From positions 1 to 58,732 of the forward strand of contig CANSRG010000003.1 of NCBI GenBank assembly GCA_947649355.1: a stretch of 58,732 nucleotides of DNA, written 5' to 3'. The notes under the pieces are model-generated. The model worked only from the letters and a program-made list of their open reading frames with translations, searched no databases and had not been told where the DNA came from. Made by a program: the position numbers and the translations under genes. Positions within the stretch are counted from its first letter, which is position 1. Each line of letters begins with the position of its first letter. Below, one piece after another: positions 49,501 to 58,732 of this stretch. The DNA comes from an uncultured Mycoplasmatota bacterium. GTDB taxonomy: Bacteria > Bacillota_I > Bacilli_A > RF39 > UBA660.

Positions 49501-49686
49501 AAGTTCACCATTAAAAATTTATGAAAAAAAGAAAAAAATATGCTTTATTTACAGTATTATCCAAAGTTATTTACGATTATTTTTTCACGAGTTTTACACC
49601 AATACTAGATTTATAAAGACGTTTAAAATTATTTAAAGGTTTTCTATCTTTTATTTTTTTAGTATACTTAAACTGTGGTGATACAA

Positions 49687-51669
49687 ATGGATTTATTACA
49701 TATAAAAGGCATTGGCGAAAAAACGATAGAATATTTTTATAAAGAAAATATTTATAGTGTAGAAGATTTAATTTCTTTTTATCCTTACAAATATCAAATA
49801 TTAAAGCCAGAAATATTAGAAGACCAAAAGGAAGATATGACAATAACTATAAATGCAGTAGTAGAAGAAAATCCTAAAGTATCTTTTATTCGTAGAAATT
49901 TTAATAGTCTTCGTTTCAAAGCAGAGAGTTATGGAAAAATAATAAATGTTACTATTTTTAATCGAGCATTTCTAAAACCACATTTAACGATTGGAAAAGA
50001 AATTACTTTAATTGGAAAATATACTACAAAAAATAATACTTTTACAGCTACCAATATCAATCTATCCAAATTAGAAGAAACTAGAATAATTCCTATTTAT
50101 CATTCAATAAAAGGAATAAAACAAAATACCTTAGAAAAAATTATGAGAGAAGCAATAAAAGAAGGATTATATGAGAAAGTAATCCCTTCTTATATAGAAA
50201 CAAAATATCATTTTGCTCCAAAAGAATTAGCAATAAAAAACATTCATTTTCCAATGACAACCGATGAAATAAGAAAAGCTCGTGAAAGAATGATTTATGA
50301 AGAATTATTTGAATTTATGTTTAAAATTCAATTTTTAAAAAGTTTAAAAGATCATGAAATTGGTTTAGAGAAAAAATTGAATCAAAAAAAAATCGTGGAA
50401 TTTATAAATGATTTACCTTTCTCGCTAACAAAAGATCAAGAAAATGGTTTAAAAGAAGGATTAAAAGATTTAACTTCGAAAAAAAGAATGAATCGTTTAT
50501 TATTAGGAGATGTAGGTGCAGGAAAAACTATTGTTGCCACCATTTTAATGTATGCTAATTTCTTAGCAGGTTATCAAAGTGCTTTTATGGCTCCAACAGA
50601 AATATTAGCTGTCCAACATTTTCATTCTATAAGAAAACTCTTTCAAAAAAGAAACATAGAAGTAGATTTACTAATTGGAAGTATGACAAAAAAAGAAAAA
50701 GAATCGATTTTAAAACGCGCTAAAAACCATGAAATTGATATTTTAATAGGTACACATGCCATGTTAAATGAAAATCTCATTTTTAGTAATCTAGGATTCA
50801 TAGTTACAGACGAACAACATCGTTTTGGAGTAAAACAAAGAGAAACATTGCAACAAAAAGGAATTTTACCAGACATGCTTTTTATGAGTGCAACTCCTAT
50901 TCCTAGAACCTATGCTCTTACAATTTATGGAGATATGGATACTACAATCATTAAAGAAAAACCAGCTGGAAGAAAAGAAATCATAACAAAAGTAATAAAA
51001 GAAAACAATTTAAGAGAAGTTCTTTTAAAAGTTTTAGAAGAAATAAAACAAAATCATCAAGTGTATGTTGTAGCACCAATGATTGAAGAAAATGAAGAAA
51101 CAAACTTAAAAGATGTAAACTTATTAAAAGAAAAATTTGATTTAGCATTTCATAATAAAATACCAATTGGTATATTACATGGAAAAATGAAAAAAAATGA
51201 AAAAGATGACATCATGAATCAATTTAAAGAAGGAAAAATTAAAATTTTAATTTCTACAACAGTAATTGAAGTAGGAGTGGATGTAAAAGATGCAACCATT
51301 ATGATTATTTTTAATGCCGAAAGATTTGGTCTAGCGACTCTTCATCAATTAAGAGGAAGAGTTGGTCGTAACGATTTGCAAAGCTATTGTTATTTAATTT
51401 GTAATGAAGAAAAAGAAAGATTAAAAGTATTAGAAGATAGTAATGATGGTTTCTATATTAGTGAAAAAGATTTTGAATTTCGTGGCGAAGGCGATTTATT
51501 TGGTCAAAAACAAAGTGGCGATATGACTTTTAAAATAGCAAACTTAAAAAGAGATTATGAAATTCTTTTAAACGTTAAAGAAGATATTACGGAATTTATA
51601 AAACAAAAAGAATACATAAAATTTACATATTATCAAAAAATTATTGAAAAAATTGACTTTACTAATTGA
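49687..51669 (+). CDS. recG: ATP-dependent DNA helicase RecG
   Basis: RLLLGDVGAGKT, DEQHRFG, SATPIPRT, QLRGRVGR and RGEGDLFG motifs. Confidence 0.97.
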   Translation: MDLLHIKGIGEKTIEYFYKENIYSVEDLISFYPYKYQILKPEILEDQKEDMTITINAVVEENPKVSFIRRNFNSLRFKAESYGKIINVTIFNRAFLKPHLTIGKEITLIGKYTTKNNTFTATNINLSKLEETRIIPIYHSIKGIKQNTLEKIMREAIKEGLYEKVIPSYIETKYHFAPKELAIKNIHFPMTTDEIRKARERMIYEELFEFMFKIQFLKSLKDHEIGLEKKLNQKKIVEFINDLPFSLTKDQENGLKEGLKDLTSKKRMNRLLLGDVGAGKTIVATILMYANFLAGYQSAFMAPTEILAVQHFHSIRKLFQKRNIEVDLLIGSMTKKEKESILKRAKNHEIDILIGTHAMLNENLIFSNLGFIVTDEQHRFGVKQRETLQQKGILPDMLFMSATPIPRTYALTIYGDMDTTIIKEKPAGRKEIITKVIKENNLREVLLKVLEEIKQNHQVYVVAPMIEENEETNLKDVNLLKEKFDLAFHNKIPIGILHGKMKKNEKDDIMNQFKEGKIKILISTTVIEVGVDVKDATIMIIFNAERFGLATLHQLRGRVGRNDLQSYCYLICNEEKERLKVLEDSNDGFYISEKDFEFRGEGDLFGQKQSGDMTFKIANLKRDYEILLNVKEDITEFIKQKEYIKFTYYQKIIEKIDFTN

Positions 51670-51700
51670 CGAATTTAAAAATTCATAATATACTTTATAT

Positions 51701-51797
51701 AGCATAGCTATAAACGCTATGCTGACACATATTCACGATCACTTCTGAGTGTGTGTCAACAAACCCCCTGTGAGAACCTAATGGTTCTCTTTTTTTT
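51701..51797 (+). ncRNA. Candidate ~97-nt C-rich small RNA
   Basis: Promoter TTGACG-17-TATACT (51666-51694), two abutting hairpins, unpaired AAACCCCCUG, intrinsic terminator GAGAACC/GGTTCTC plus U8. No ORF. Confidence 0.7.
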
Positions 51798-51799
51798 AT

Positions 51800-51941
51800 A
51801 AAAAGAAAAAAATCTATTAAACATAATAGATTTTTGAATAACCACTTTTGAAGAATCCACGCAGGATTCTTCTTAAAAGAATAAAAAGGGGTTGACTAGT
51901 GTGATACTAGCACCAATTCGCCTTCAAAAGTGAATTGGTGA
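51800..51941 (-). ncRNA. Candidate convergent C-rich small RNA
   Basis: Promoter TTGACA-17-TAGTAT (51975-51947), two abutting hairpins, AACCCCU, then hairpin GAAGAATCC/GGATTCTTC. 3' end uncertain. Confidence 0.55.
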
Positions 51942-52064
51942 TTTATATACTAACTTAAAGTAATGTATTTGTCAACAAAAAAATCATTAAAAATTTAAAA
52001 AACTGCGAAAAGGCAAATTAAAAAAGAAACTCTTTAACAAAGCTCCTTTTAAATTTCAATATTT

Positions 52065-53342
52065 TTACAAATATTGCTCAAATAAAGATTTAAATAATGT
52101 TTCAATGGAAGTACCTTGATACTTATTGATAAAAGTATTATATATTTCTAACAATTCTTCATTAGTGAAATCTTCTAGTTTTTTTGAACCAGTCACGTCT
52201 TCCCTCAAAACATTAGTATCATAATCAAATGAAAGAGAACATACTAGATGAATCTTTTCTCCCATATAAGAAAATTCTCCATCAAAATCTAAAACAAATT
52301 TACTATCTTTTTCTATATCTTTTGATAAAGTAATTGTTCCCTCTACTCCATCCTCATCAAAAGAATAAATAAATTGATTATCTTCTTCAATAAAGTCTAA
52401 AACAAAATCATTTATAGTAATAGTATTTTTTTCATTATAACTCACTACTGAAACAGATTGCTCTCCACTTATCAACTCAAAAGAAACAATATTTTCTTTT
52501 AATCCTTCTGTAGATATCACAAATTTAATATCTGATTCATAAGAAAAAGAATTTTTAGCATTTTCAAAAGAAGTTTTTAATTTATCCATTTCTATATGTG
52601 TAATATTATGTAAAGCATTTAAACATTGTTCATTTTGAAGAATCTTAGAAATAATTTCCTCTTGTGTACGAAGTTGATTATCCCTATCTAATAAATAATG
52701 ATATTCAGTAACCAAAACATCTTTTCCATGAAGAGTTTTTCTTACATTTTTATTTTTAGAAAATTTTGTTTTATCAAAAGTCTCTATGATAATATTTTTT
52801 AATTCTTCTATCAATACTTTATAGTCATTTTTAGAAAAAGAGTAATTAGGAATATCTAATAAAGAATCTACATCAGTTTCTAAATCATCCATTTCTAAAT
52901 AATTTGATAAAATAGAAGGAATAGTCATATATCCTTTTTGATCTTGATAAAGCATTTGTAAATCTAATAAATTTTTTTCATCTTGAACAAAAATATTGAA
53001 TTTAGCAATTTTTTTTGCGTAAGAACCATCAAGTTGAAACCCAAATGTATAATCTTTTAAAAAGTTATATTCTTCTAAATCTAAAGAAGTATCAAACTGA
53101 AAATTCCCTGTCATAGACATATCTTGTTTTTGTAAATTAAATTCATTAGGCATATAATCATCAATAAAAGAAATCCAAGCCTCAGATACCTCTTCTATAA
53201 AATACTCATAAACTTTATCAGGAGTTGTCTTCTTAAAATAAAAACCTACACCAATAGAAATAGCAATACATAAAAGCACAAGAATTCCTAATAATATAGG
53301 TAACTTATTACCTTTTGTTTGTTTCATTTCATTCATACTCAC
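52065..53342 (-). CDS. Membrane-anchored extracellular hypothetical protein
   Basis: N-terminal TM followed by a beta-rich domain. Confidence 0.7.
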   Translation of the reverse strand: MSMNEMKQTKGNKLPILLGILVLLCIAISIGVGFYFKKTTPDKVYEYFIEEVSEAWISFIDDYMPNEFNLQKQDMSMTGNFQFDTSLDLEEYNFLKDYTFGFQLDGSYAKKIAKFNIFVQDEKNLLDLQMLYQDQKGYMTIPSILSNYLEMDDLETDVDSLLDIPNYSFSKNDYKVLIEELKNIIIETFDKTKFSKNKNVRKTLHGKDVLVTEYHYLLDRDNQLRTQEEIISKILQNEQCLNALHNITHIEMDKLKTSFENAKNSFSYESDIKFVISTEGLKENIVSFELISGEQSVSVVSYNEKNTITINDFVLDFIEEDNQFIYSFDEDGVEGTITLSKDIEKDSKFVLDFDGEFSYMGEKIHLVCSLSFDYDTNVLREDVTGSKKLEDFTNEELLEIYNTFINKYQGTSIETLFKSLFEQYL

Positions 53343-53395
53343 ACCTACCCTATTTATATTATATCATATTTTAAAAAAAGAAAATCAGTAAAAAA

Positions 53396-54184
53396 CTAAT
53401 TTTCTTGTATTCTTAATTGAAGTACATTTTGTAAATCATAAAAACTAGGTTCCATTTCTTTTTGGTACCATGCCTTACACAAACTAGAAATATTACTATA
53501 ACTGATAACAAATTCCATTTCAAATACATCTTGAATCTCTTGTTGCAATTCTACTAATAAAGCCTCTGCATTTAAAAGTATTTGTCTTTTAGAAACTTTT
53601 TTTCTTAATAAAGAAGTAACAAAGTTATGATTATGTAAAACTTCATTACAATTAAAAACATCAAAATGCTCATAACTTTCTGAAACATTATTTAGAAAAT
53701 CAATAGGTTTACTATTACATTGTAATAATACAATTCTTTTTTCTTCTATCATTTTTTTTAAACTACTTTTTGGATAAGCATGGTTTTGTAATAGCTTTGT
53801 ATCAGAAGCCACCGCGACTACAAATTCTGTTTGATAAAGTTGCTCCCACCAATCAAAACTTTTTTTCCTACCTTCCGTTGCAATAGAACAAAAACTCATC
53901 GTAGTCAAAATATGTTCTACTCTATCAAAAGACTTCGCATAATGTTTAGAAAAAAAATCTAAACAATCCTCTAAATCAAAAGTAATATAAAACAATGAAG
54001 ATAACAATTTAAAATAATCCTCATCACAAATTTTGTTTAAATCTACAGTCACAATCTTTTTTATATCTTCAATATACTTTTGAACTAAATTTTGAAATAT
54101 CCCTACATTTTCTTCATCAGTTTTACGAAAAGCATAAGAAAACGTTTCATCTAATAAAGATACTTTTTTTCTTTCAATAATCAT
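53396..54184 (-). CDS. Hypothetical protein
   Basis: AGGAGG RBS; no motif recognised. Confidence 0.7.
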   Translation of the reverse strand: MIIERKKVSLLDETFSYAFRKTDEENVGIFQNLVQKYIEDIKKIVTVDLNKICDEDYFKLLSSLFYITFDLEDCLDFFSKHYAKSFDRVEHILTTMSFCSIATEGRKKSFDWWEQLYQTEFVVAVASDTKLLQNHAYPKSSLKKMIEEKRIVLLQCNSKPIDFLNNVSESYEHFDVFNCNEVLHNHNFVTSLLRKKVSKRQILLNAEALLVELQQEIQDVFEMEFVISYSNISSLCKAWYQKEMEPSFYDLQNVLQLRIQEN

Positions 54185-54248
54185 ATTTCCTCCTGTTTAT
54201 ATTATCATATATTATAAAATTTACATTTTCAAGTATTTTACAATGGAA

Positions 54249-55803
54249 CAGAGAAAAAGAGTAAAATTTCTTCGCAATCAAAAAGGGGACAGAAAAGTAA
54301 CTTACAAACAATTAAATATATGATACTCTTTTATTAAAGAATAAAAGAGGTTGTAGTAAATGAATAGAAAAATGCGTAGAGAACTTAGAAAAAATAAAAA
54401 TCTAGTGAAAGAATTATATTCCATCATTCAAAAGTATCTGCCCAAATTATTACAAAAATTTGAAGAATTAACAGATACTAGAAATCAAAGCTATATCACT
54501 TATAGTATGAAAACAATTTGTGTAACTCGTCTTTTTGGATTACTTTGCGGTTTAACCACTATGGCAGATATATCAAAAGATATTTTCAATACAGATATTT
54601 GTATTGAAAATTTATCTACTATTTGTAAACAAAATTTGACCGAACTTCCTTATTGGGAAACTATCCAAGATGTTTTTATTCATATGGATTTAGAAGAACT
54701 AAGAGATATCCAAAAATATATTGTAAAATCTTTACTTCGTTCTAAAATGTTTGATAAATTTAAATACAATAACTCTTTTCAATTATTATTTGATGGTACT
54801 GGTTTATCTAATCATGACTATAATTTAAATGATAATTGTTTAATAAGAAAACATAAAGATGGCAAAGTATCTTATTATAAATATGTTCTCGAATGCAAAT
54901 TAGTTGTCGGTAATATTGTCATGAGTTTAGATTCTGAATTTATTGAAAACGAATCCATGCTACAGAATCACAAAAACAAGATTGTGAAATTAAAGCTTTC
55001 AAGCGCATGATAAAAAGAATTAAGAAAAACTATCCTAAATATAACTTTATTATTACTGGTGATGCTTTATATGCTACCACTCCGATTATTAACTTATGCA
55101 AAAAATATAATTGGAATTATATTTTTAATTTCAAACCTAATCGTTTAAAATTTATTAACGAATGCTTTGAAGGTAATATTACACTGCTTAATGAAACTTC
55201 TGTTCCAAATTATTATCTATCTACAAATATTGAATTTAATGAAAACTTAGTAAATGTTATTAAATATATTGAAAAGAAAAATAATAAAGAAACGACTTTT
55301 CGTTATATTACTGACTTACTTGTTAATGATAATACCATAAAAGATATTGTTAAACTGGGGCGTAATCGTTGGAAAATTGAAAACAATGGCTTTCTTATGC
55401 AAAAACATGCTACTTTTAATATTACTCATTTAAATAGTAGAAATGATAATGCTATGAAATGCCATTATTTCTTTATCCAATTTGCTCATACTATTAGACA
55501 GTTATTAGAGCAAGGAAACTTATTAACAAAGTCTTTAAATCTCAAAATAAAAGAAGTAAGTGATTTTGTCCTTAACTCTCTTACTTCTATATCCTCAGAT
55601 CTTAATCATTTAGAAACAAATTTTCAATTAAGATTTGATACTTAAATTATACTTCATTTGTTCTTTGAAATCACTACTTTTTTTCGATTTCTTTTTTGCG
55701 TGGTGTAAACCTTCTTTTTTCCGAAGAAAAAAATCTATAAATTTCATTTTTTCTTAATTTTATAGATTTTCTTCTATTTATTTTTATTTACTCTTTTTTT
55801 CTG
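54249..55803 (+). mobile_element. Insertion sequence (DDE type, ISAs1/ISNCY-like)
   Basis: Terminal IRs CAGAGAAAAAGAGTAAA (54249-54265) and TTTACTCTTTTTTTCTG (55787-55803), 1 mismatch, enclosing a transposase. Confidence 0.75.
54360..55645 (+). pseudogene. Frameshifted DDE transposase
   Basis: FDGTG in ORF1; TGDALY and RNRWKIENNGF in ORF2. A 1-nt loss near 54960 separates IENES from the TESQKQDCEIKAFKR stretch in the ORF2 frame. A sequencing error cannot be excluded. Confidence 0.8.
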
Positions 55804-56092
55804 CAACATTTTCAAATATTTGATTTTCTCCATCAGTTCTTTTTTCCAAACTCCATATTACCAATATAAAGTTGATTAGAGAGTATCTTATCAACAGTAG
55901 TGGTTGCCCAATGCCTATTTAAAACTTCTTCTTCATTAAATAACTTGCAAATAGAACAAACTGAAGCACCATCTAAATAAAGTTTAAATATTCTTCTAAC
56001 CACATCTGCTTTAATCTCGTCAATAATAAGTTCTTTGCTATCCTTAATCTTTGTAAAGCCAATAGGTGGTTTTCCGCTTAAATGTCTACCAT
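55804..56092 (-). pseudogene. Internal fragment of a large serine recombinase (recombinase domain), not in the ORF track
   Basis: Hand translation GRHLSGKPPIGFTK...LIIDEIKADVVRRIFKLYLDGASVCSICKLFN...WATTTVDKILSNQLYIG. Frameshift in an A-run near 55845 and cut by the IS end. Confidence 0.8.
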
Positions 56093-56377
56093 GGACATAA
56101 TGACACCAACTATAAATACAATAGATTTAATACACTTCGATGGAAAGATAAATAACCAAATAATTAACTTAAATTCAAAGGATTATAAAACAAACGATAT
56201 AGGATTTGATATATATGTATCTGTTTTAAAGTAAGTTATTCTGTTTCGTTCTAAAAACAAATGCATATAAAAACTAACAATAGAAATATTATTAAATTTT
56301 AAAGATTAGCAGTTAAAGGTATGTGATGAGCATATCTTTTTTGATGTTCAAAAAAAGAAAGCGAGGATTGATAAAAT

Positions 56378-57661
56378 ATGAATTATGCAATATTTAGAAG
56401 TGAACCTATTATGACTATGAGTGATTTAAGAGGAATTGGATCACACAATAAAAGAGAAAAACAAGCTTATAACTCTAATCCTGATATTAAAATAGAATTA
56501 AGTAAAAATAATATTGAATTAGTACCACTTAATTGTAAATATACTAAAGGATTTAGAGAATTAACTAAAGAATATGAAAAAGAATACAACGAACGAATGA
56601 AAACCGAAAGAAAAGAAAGACAAAAATCATTTACAGAGATGTTAAATAAATCGAAAAATGTTGTTGCAGATGAATTATTATTTACTGCTACACATAAATT
56701 TTTTGATAATATGACAAAAGAAGATATTATGAAATGGGCTAATACTTGCATGGAATTTGTTTATGAAGATTTAGGTTATAAAAGAAATCAAATACTTCAT
56801 TCTGTAATCCATTTAGATGAAGAAACACCACATCTTCATTGTGTTGTTGTACCAGTTGTTAAAAAACTAGATAAAAGAACAAATACTGAAAGATTTACTA
56901 TTTCTAAAAAGCAATATATTAAAGATAAAATCCATTTATCACAATTACAAGACAAATATCATCAAAGACTAACTGAAAAAGGTTATGATTTAGAACGTGG
57001 AATCAAAGGTAGTAATGCTAAACATCAAAAGACAAAGGAGCTTAAAAAGACTACTAAATATTATGAAAACAAAGTTGGTACTATCAATAAAAAATTAGAT
57101 AATGCAATGAATAATTTTGAAGAAAAAATGAAAACTACCAAAAATATACCATTTAATAAAACTCATGTACTTGTTGAAAAAGAAACTTTTGATAGTATGA
57201 ATAATGTTATTAAAGAAACTAAAAAAGCAATAGAATTTCAACCAAAACTAGAGCAATTATTTAATGAAGTAGATACTTACACCAAAAGTCATCAAACATT
57301 AGAAAAAGAAAATAAAAATCTTCAAAGAGAAGTAAAATCACTTACTACTAGAAATCAAAATCTTACAGAAGAAAATAACAATCTAAAATCCTATATTAAA
57401 ACCATTTTAGAAGCTATAAAACATTTTTTTAGGGAATTATTACAAATCGGTAATGAGCCTACAAAAGATCTTACTACAAGCGAAGTAAAGGATTATTATG
57501 ATAATAACAATTTTGATATGTATGATGTTAAAGATATTTCTAAAGGAACAACTAAAGAAGATGAATTATTTGACTATGCAGGTGTTCCTAGCTATTTAAA
57601 ATCAAGTAAAAAAGCATATAATGATAATAGAGATAAAGATGATTATGATTTATCATTATAG
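56378..57661 (+). CDS. mobV: MobV (Mob/Pre) family relaxase
   Basis: MNYAIFR, HNKRE...SNPDI, HLDEETPHLH (3H motif), LQDKY...LERG and a C-terminal coiled coil. Confidence 0.93.
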   Translation: MNYAIFRSEPIMTMSDLRGIGSHNKREKQAYNSNPDIKIELSKNNIELVPLNCKYTKGFRELTKEYEKEYNERMKTERKERQKSFTEMLNKSKNVVADELLFTATHKFFDNMTKEDIMKWANTCMEFVYEDLGYKRNQILHSVIHLDEETPHLHCVVVPVVKKLDKRTNTERFTISKKQYIKDKIHLSQLQDKYHQRLTEKGYDLERGIKGSNAKHQKTKELKKTTKYYENKVGTINKKLDNAMNNFEEKMKTTKNIPFNKTHVLVEKETFDSMNNVIKETKKAIEFQPKLEQLFNEVDTYTKSHQTLEKENKNLQREVKSLTTRNQNLTEENNNLKSYIKTILEAIKHFFRELLQIGNEPTKDLTTSEVKDYYDNNNFDMYDVKDISKGTTKEDELFDYAGVPSYLKSSKKAYNDNRDKDDYDLSL

Positions 57662-57836
57662 CAAAAATATATTTCAATACTTGCAATAATAAATCTTTTA
57701 AACAAAAAATATTTACAAAAAATTGACATTGATGCCTTTTTATGATAAGATAACTTCCCTTGATAAGGGGGTACTTTATCATTAAATACTATTATTTAGG
57801 ATTTTAAAGAAAAATATATTATTGGAGGGTATTTTT

Positions 57837-58493
57837 ATGAAAGATTATTCACTTAATTTGGAAGATTCTAAAACATTTGTATTGAATTATACAGTTAAAG
57901 ATAATCAAATAACAGTTAATCTTGCCAATGGAGAAAATTATGTTATTCCATATACTGCGGAGAATGAAGTAAAGTTACTTAAAAGAATGAAAACACAAGT
58001 TTTACAATCAGATGAATTTATGAGTAAACAAGAAAAAAGATTTTCAAAATCTTGGAAGTTGGCAATATGGGGTGTTTCTATGCTTGCATTAAATGTAATA
58101 GCTTCAGCAAGTGGTATTAGTGCTGTATCAATAGTAAGTGGAATGTGGGCTAGTTGGTTTGTATTTGATATCGGATATAGAATTTATAGTATGATAGATA
58201 GCAAAAGAAATATTAAGGATATAAACAAAAATAAAATGCTATTAAATAACGAAGAAAGATTAAATGAGAAAGTAAAAGAAAATCATAACGTTTTAGCACA
58301 TACAGATGAAAAAACGAAAAAAATGGTACATTCTACTCCAGTAGATCAACCTGTATTTACTTTAAATAGTATTGACAAAATCAAGTATGAAGAATTAAAG
58401 CAAATACTTGAAAATATTGATAGAGAAGAAGAATTTGGCTTTGATTATTCTAGTGAATCGGATGAAAAATCTTTAGTTTTAAAGAAAAAATAA
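57837..58493 (+). CDS. Hypothetical membrane protein (2 TM), cargo of the mobile element
   Basis: GGAGG RBS before ATG 57837; promoter TTGACA-17-TAAGAT at ~57723-57751. Confidence 0.7.
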   Translation: MKDYSLNLEDSKTFVLNYTVKDNQITVNLANGENYVIPYTAENEVKLLKRMKTQVLQSDEFMSKQEKRFSKSWKLAIWGVSMLALNVIASASGISAVSIVSGMWASWFVFDIGYRIYSMIDSKRNIKDINKNKMLLNNEERLNEKVKENHNVLAHTDEKTKKMVHSTPVDQPVFTLNSIDKIKYEELKQILENIDREEEFGFDYSSESDEKSLVLKKK

Positions 58494-58557
58494 AAAGAGA
58501 AATCCAAAAGAAACTTTGTAACTAATGGATTTCTGCATAAAACTAACTCTTTAGACG

Positions 58558-58632
58558 AGTTAGTAACACACTACTAAGTCGGCAGAGCCAACTTAGATTT
58601 CGTGTGCCAAAGGTGATCCTTTGGAAACCCTA
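58558..58632 (-). other. Putative MOBV-type oriT (RSA-like)
   Basis: Minus strand GCACACGAAAT-CTAAGTTGGC TCT GCCGACTTAG-TAGTGTGTTACTAA. Same layout as the pMV158/pUB110 oriT: GCACAC, inverted repeat, TAGTGTG|TTA, with a TTAGTA/TACTAA stem around GTGTGT. Confidence 0.7.
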
Positions 58633-58680
58633 TTAAGCAACAATATTACAAAGTTTCACATTGTAATATTGTTGCTCCAG

Positions 58681-58717
58681 ACTGTTGACAAAGTAAATTT
58701 GTTAGCAGTTTTTTTTT
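58681..58717 (+). terminator. Intrinsic terminator
   Basis: ACTGTTGACAAA-gtaaa-TTTGTTAGCAGT stem with G-U pairs, followed by a long T-run. Confidence 0.7.
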
Positions 58718-58732
58718 ATAAAAATGAAAAAA

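Noticed and set aside
54940-55010. Programmed ribosomal frameshift in the transposase
   Set aside because: No clear slippery heptamer with a stimulatory structure at the inferred shift. A 1-nt deletion or sequencing error is simpler.
54223-55821. 16-bp near-direct repeat (ACATTTTCAA[G/A]TATTT at 54223 and 55806) as IS target-site duplication
   Set aside because: The copies are not symmetrically adjacent to the terminal IRs, the right copy is recombinase coding sequence, and the sequence is AT-rich. Chance or target preference is more likely.
56305-56340. Hairpin AAAGGTATG/CATATCTTT upstream of mobV as oriT
   Set aside because: No AGTGTGTTA nick motif. It is better read as a terminator or operator, and a much better oriT match exists at 58558-58632.
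1405-57782. Short ORFs overlapping or antisense to well-supported genes (e.g. 1405-1620, 1673-2068, 9242-9640, 19001-19423, 22291-22755, 33514-33783, 44782-45120, 49577-49843, 56467-56751)
   Set aside because: They are shadow ORFs with no RBS or motifs, lying on recognised genes or T-box leaders.
1-58732. rRNA, tRNA, tmRNA or prophage genes
   Set aside because: No cloverleaf, rRNA signature or phage structural gene was recognised by eye. tRNAscan-SE or Infernal would be needed to exclude them formally.

Overview
Very AT-rich chromosomal window from a Bacilli-like Firmicute using genetic code 11. The gene style suggests an uncultured RF39-like lineage, which is inference only. Layout: (1) 85-12468, a 13-gene minus-strand Tad/Flp-type pilus operon with non-canonical pilins, two CpaB/SAF paralogs and a large Cys-rich putative adhesin. 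(2) ~14650-18540, a three-gene defence cassette (AbiEi, AbiEii, AEP primase-SF2 helicase) bounded by 15-bp inverted repeats, with no recombinase of its own. (3) A 13-repeat LRR surface protein with a G10 tract inside its promoter spacer. (4) Housekeeping and sporulation-type genes: cotY/Z-like, ftsW/rodA, trmB, murJ/spoVB-like, an unannotated cse60, leuS and aspS each with a T-box, GH31, TIGR01212 radical SAM, hisS, hsp20 with CIRCE, ABC-F and recG. (5) A convergent pair of candidate C-rich small RNAs after recG. (6) From ~54250, decayed mobile DNA: a frameshifted IS, a serine recombinase fragment, a MobV relaxase and a pMV158-like oriT lying downstream on the opposite strand. All calls come from reading motifs by eye; no searches were run.
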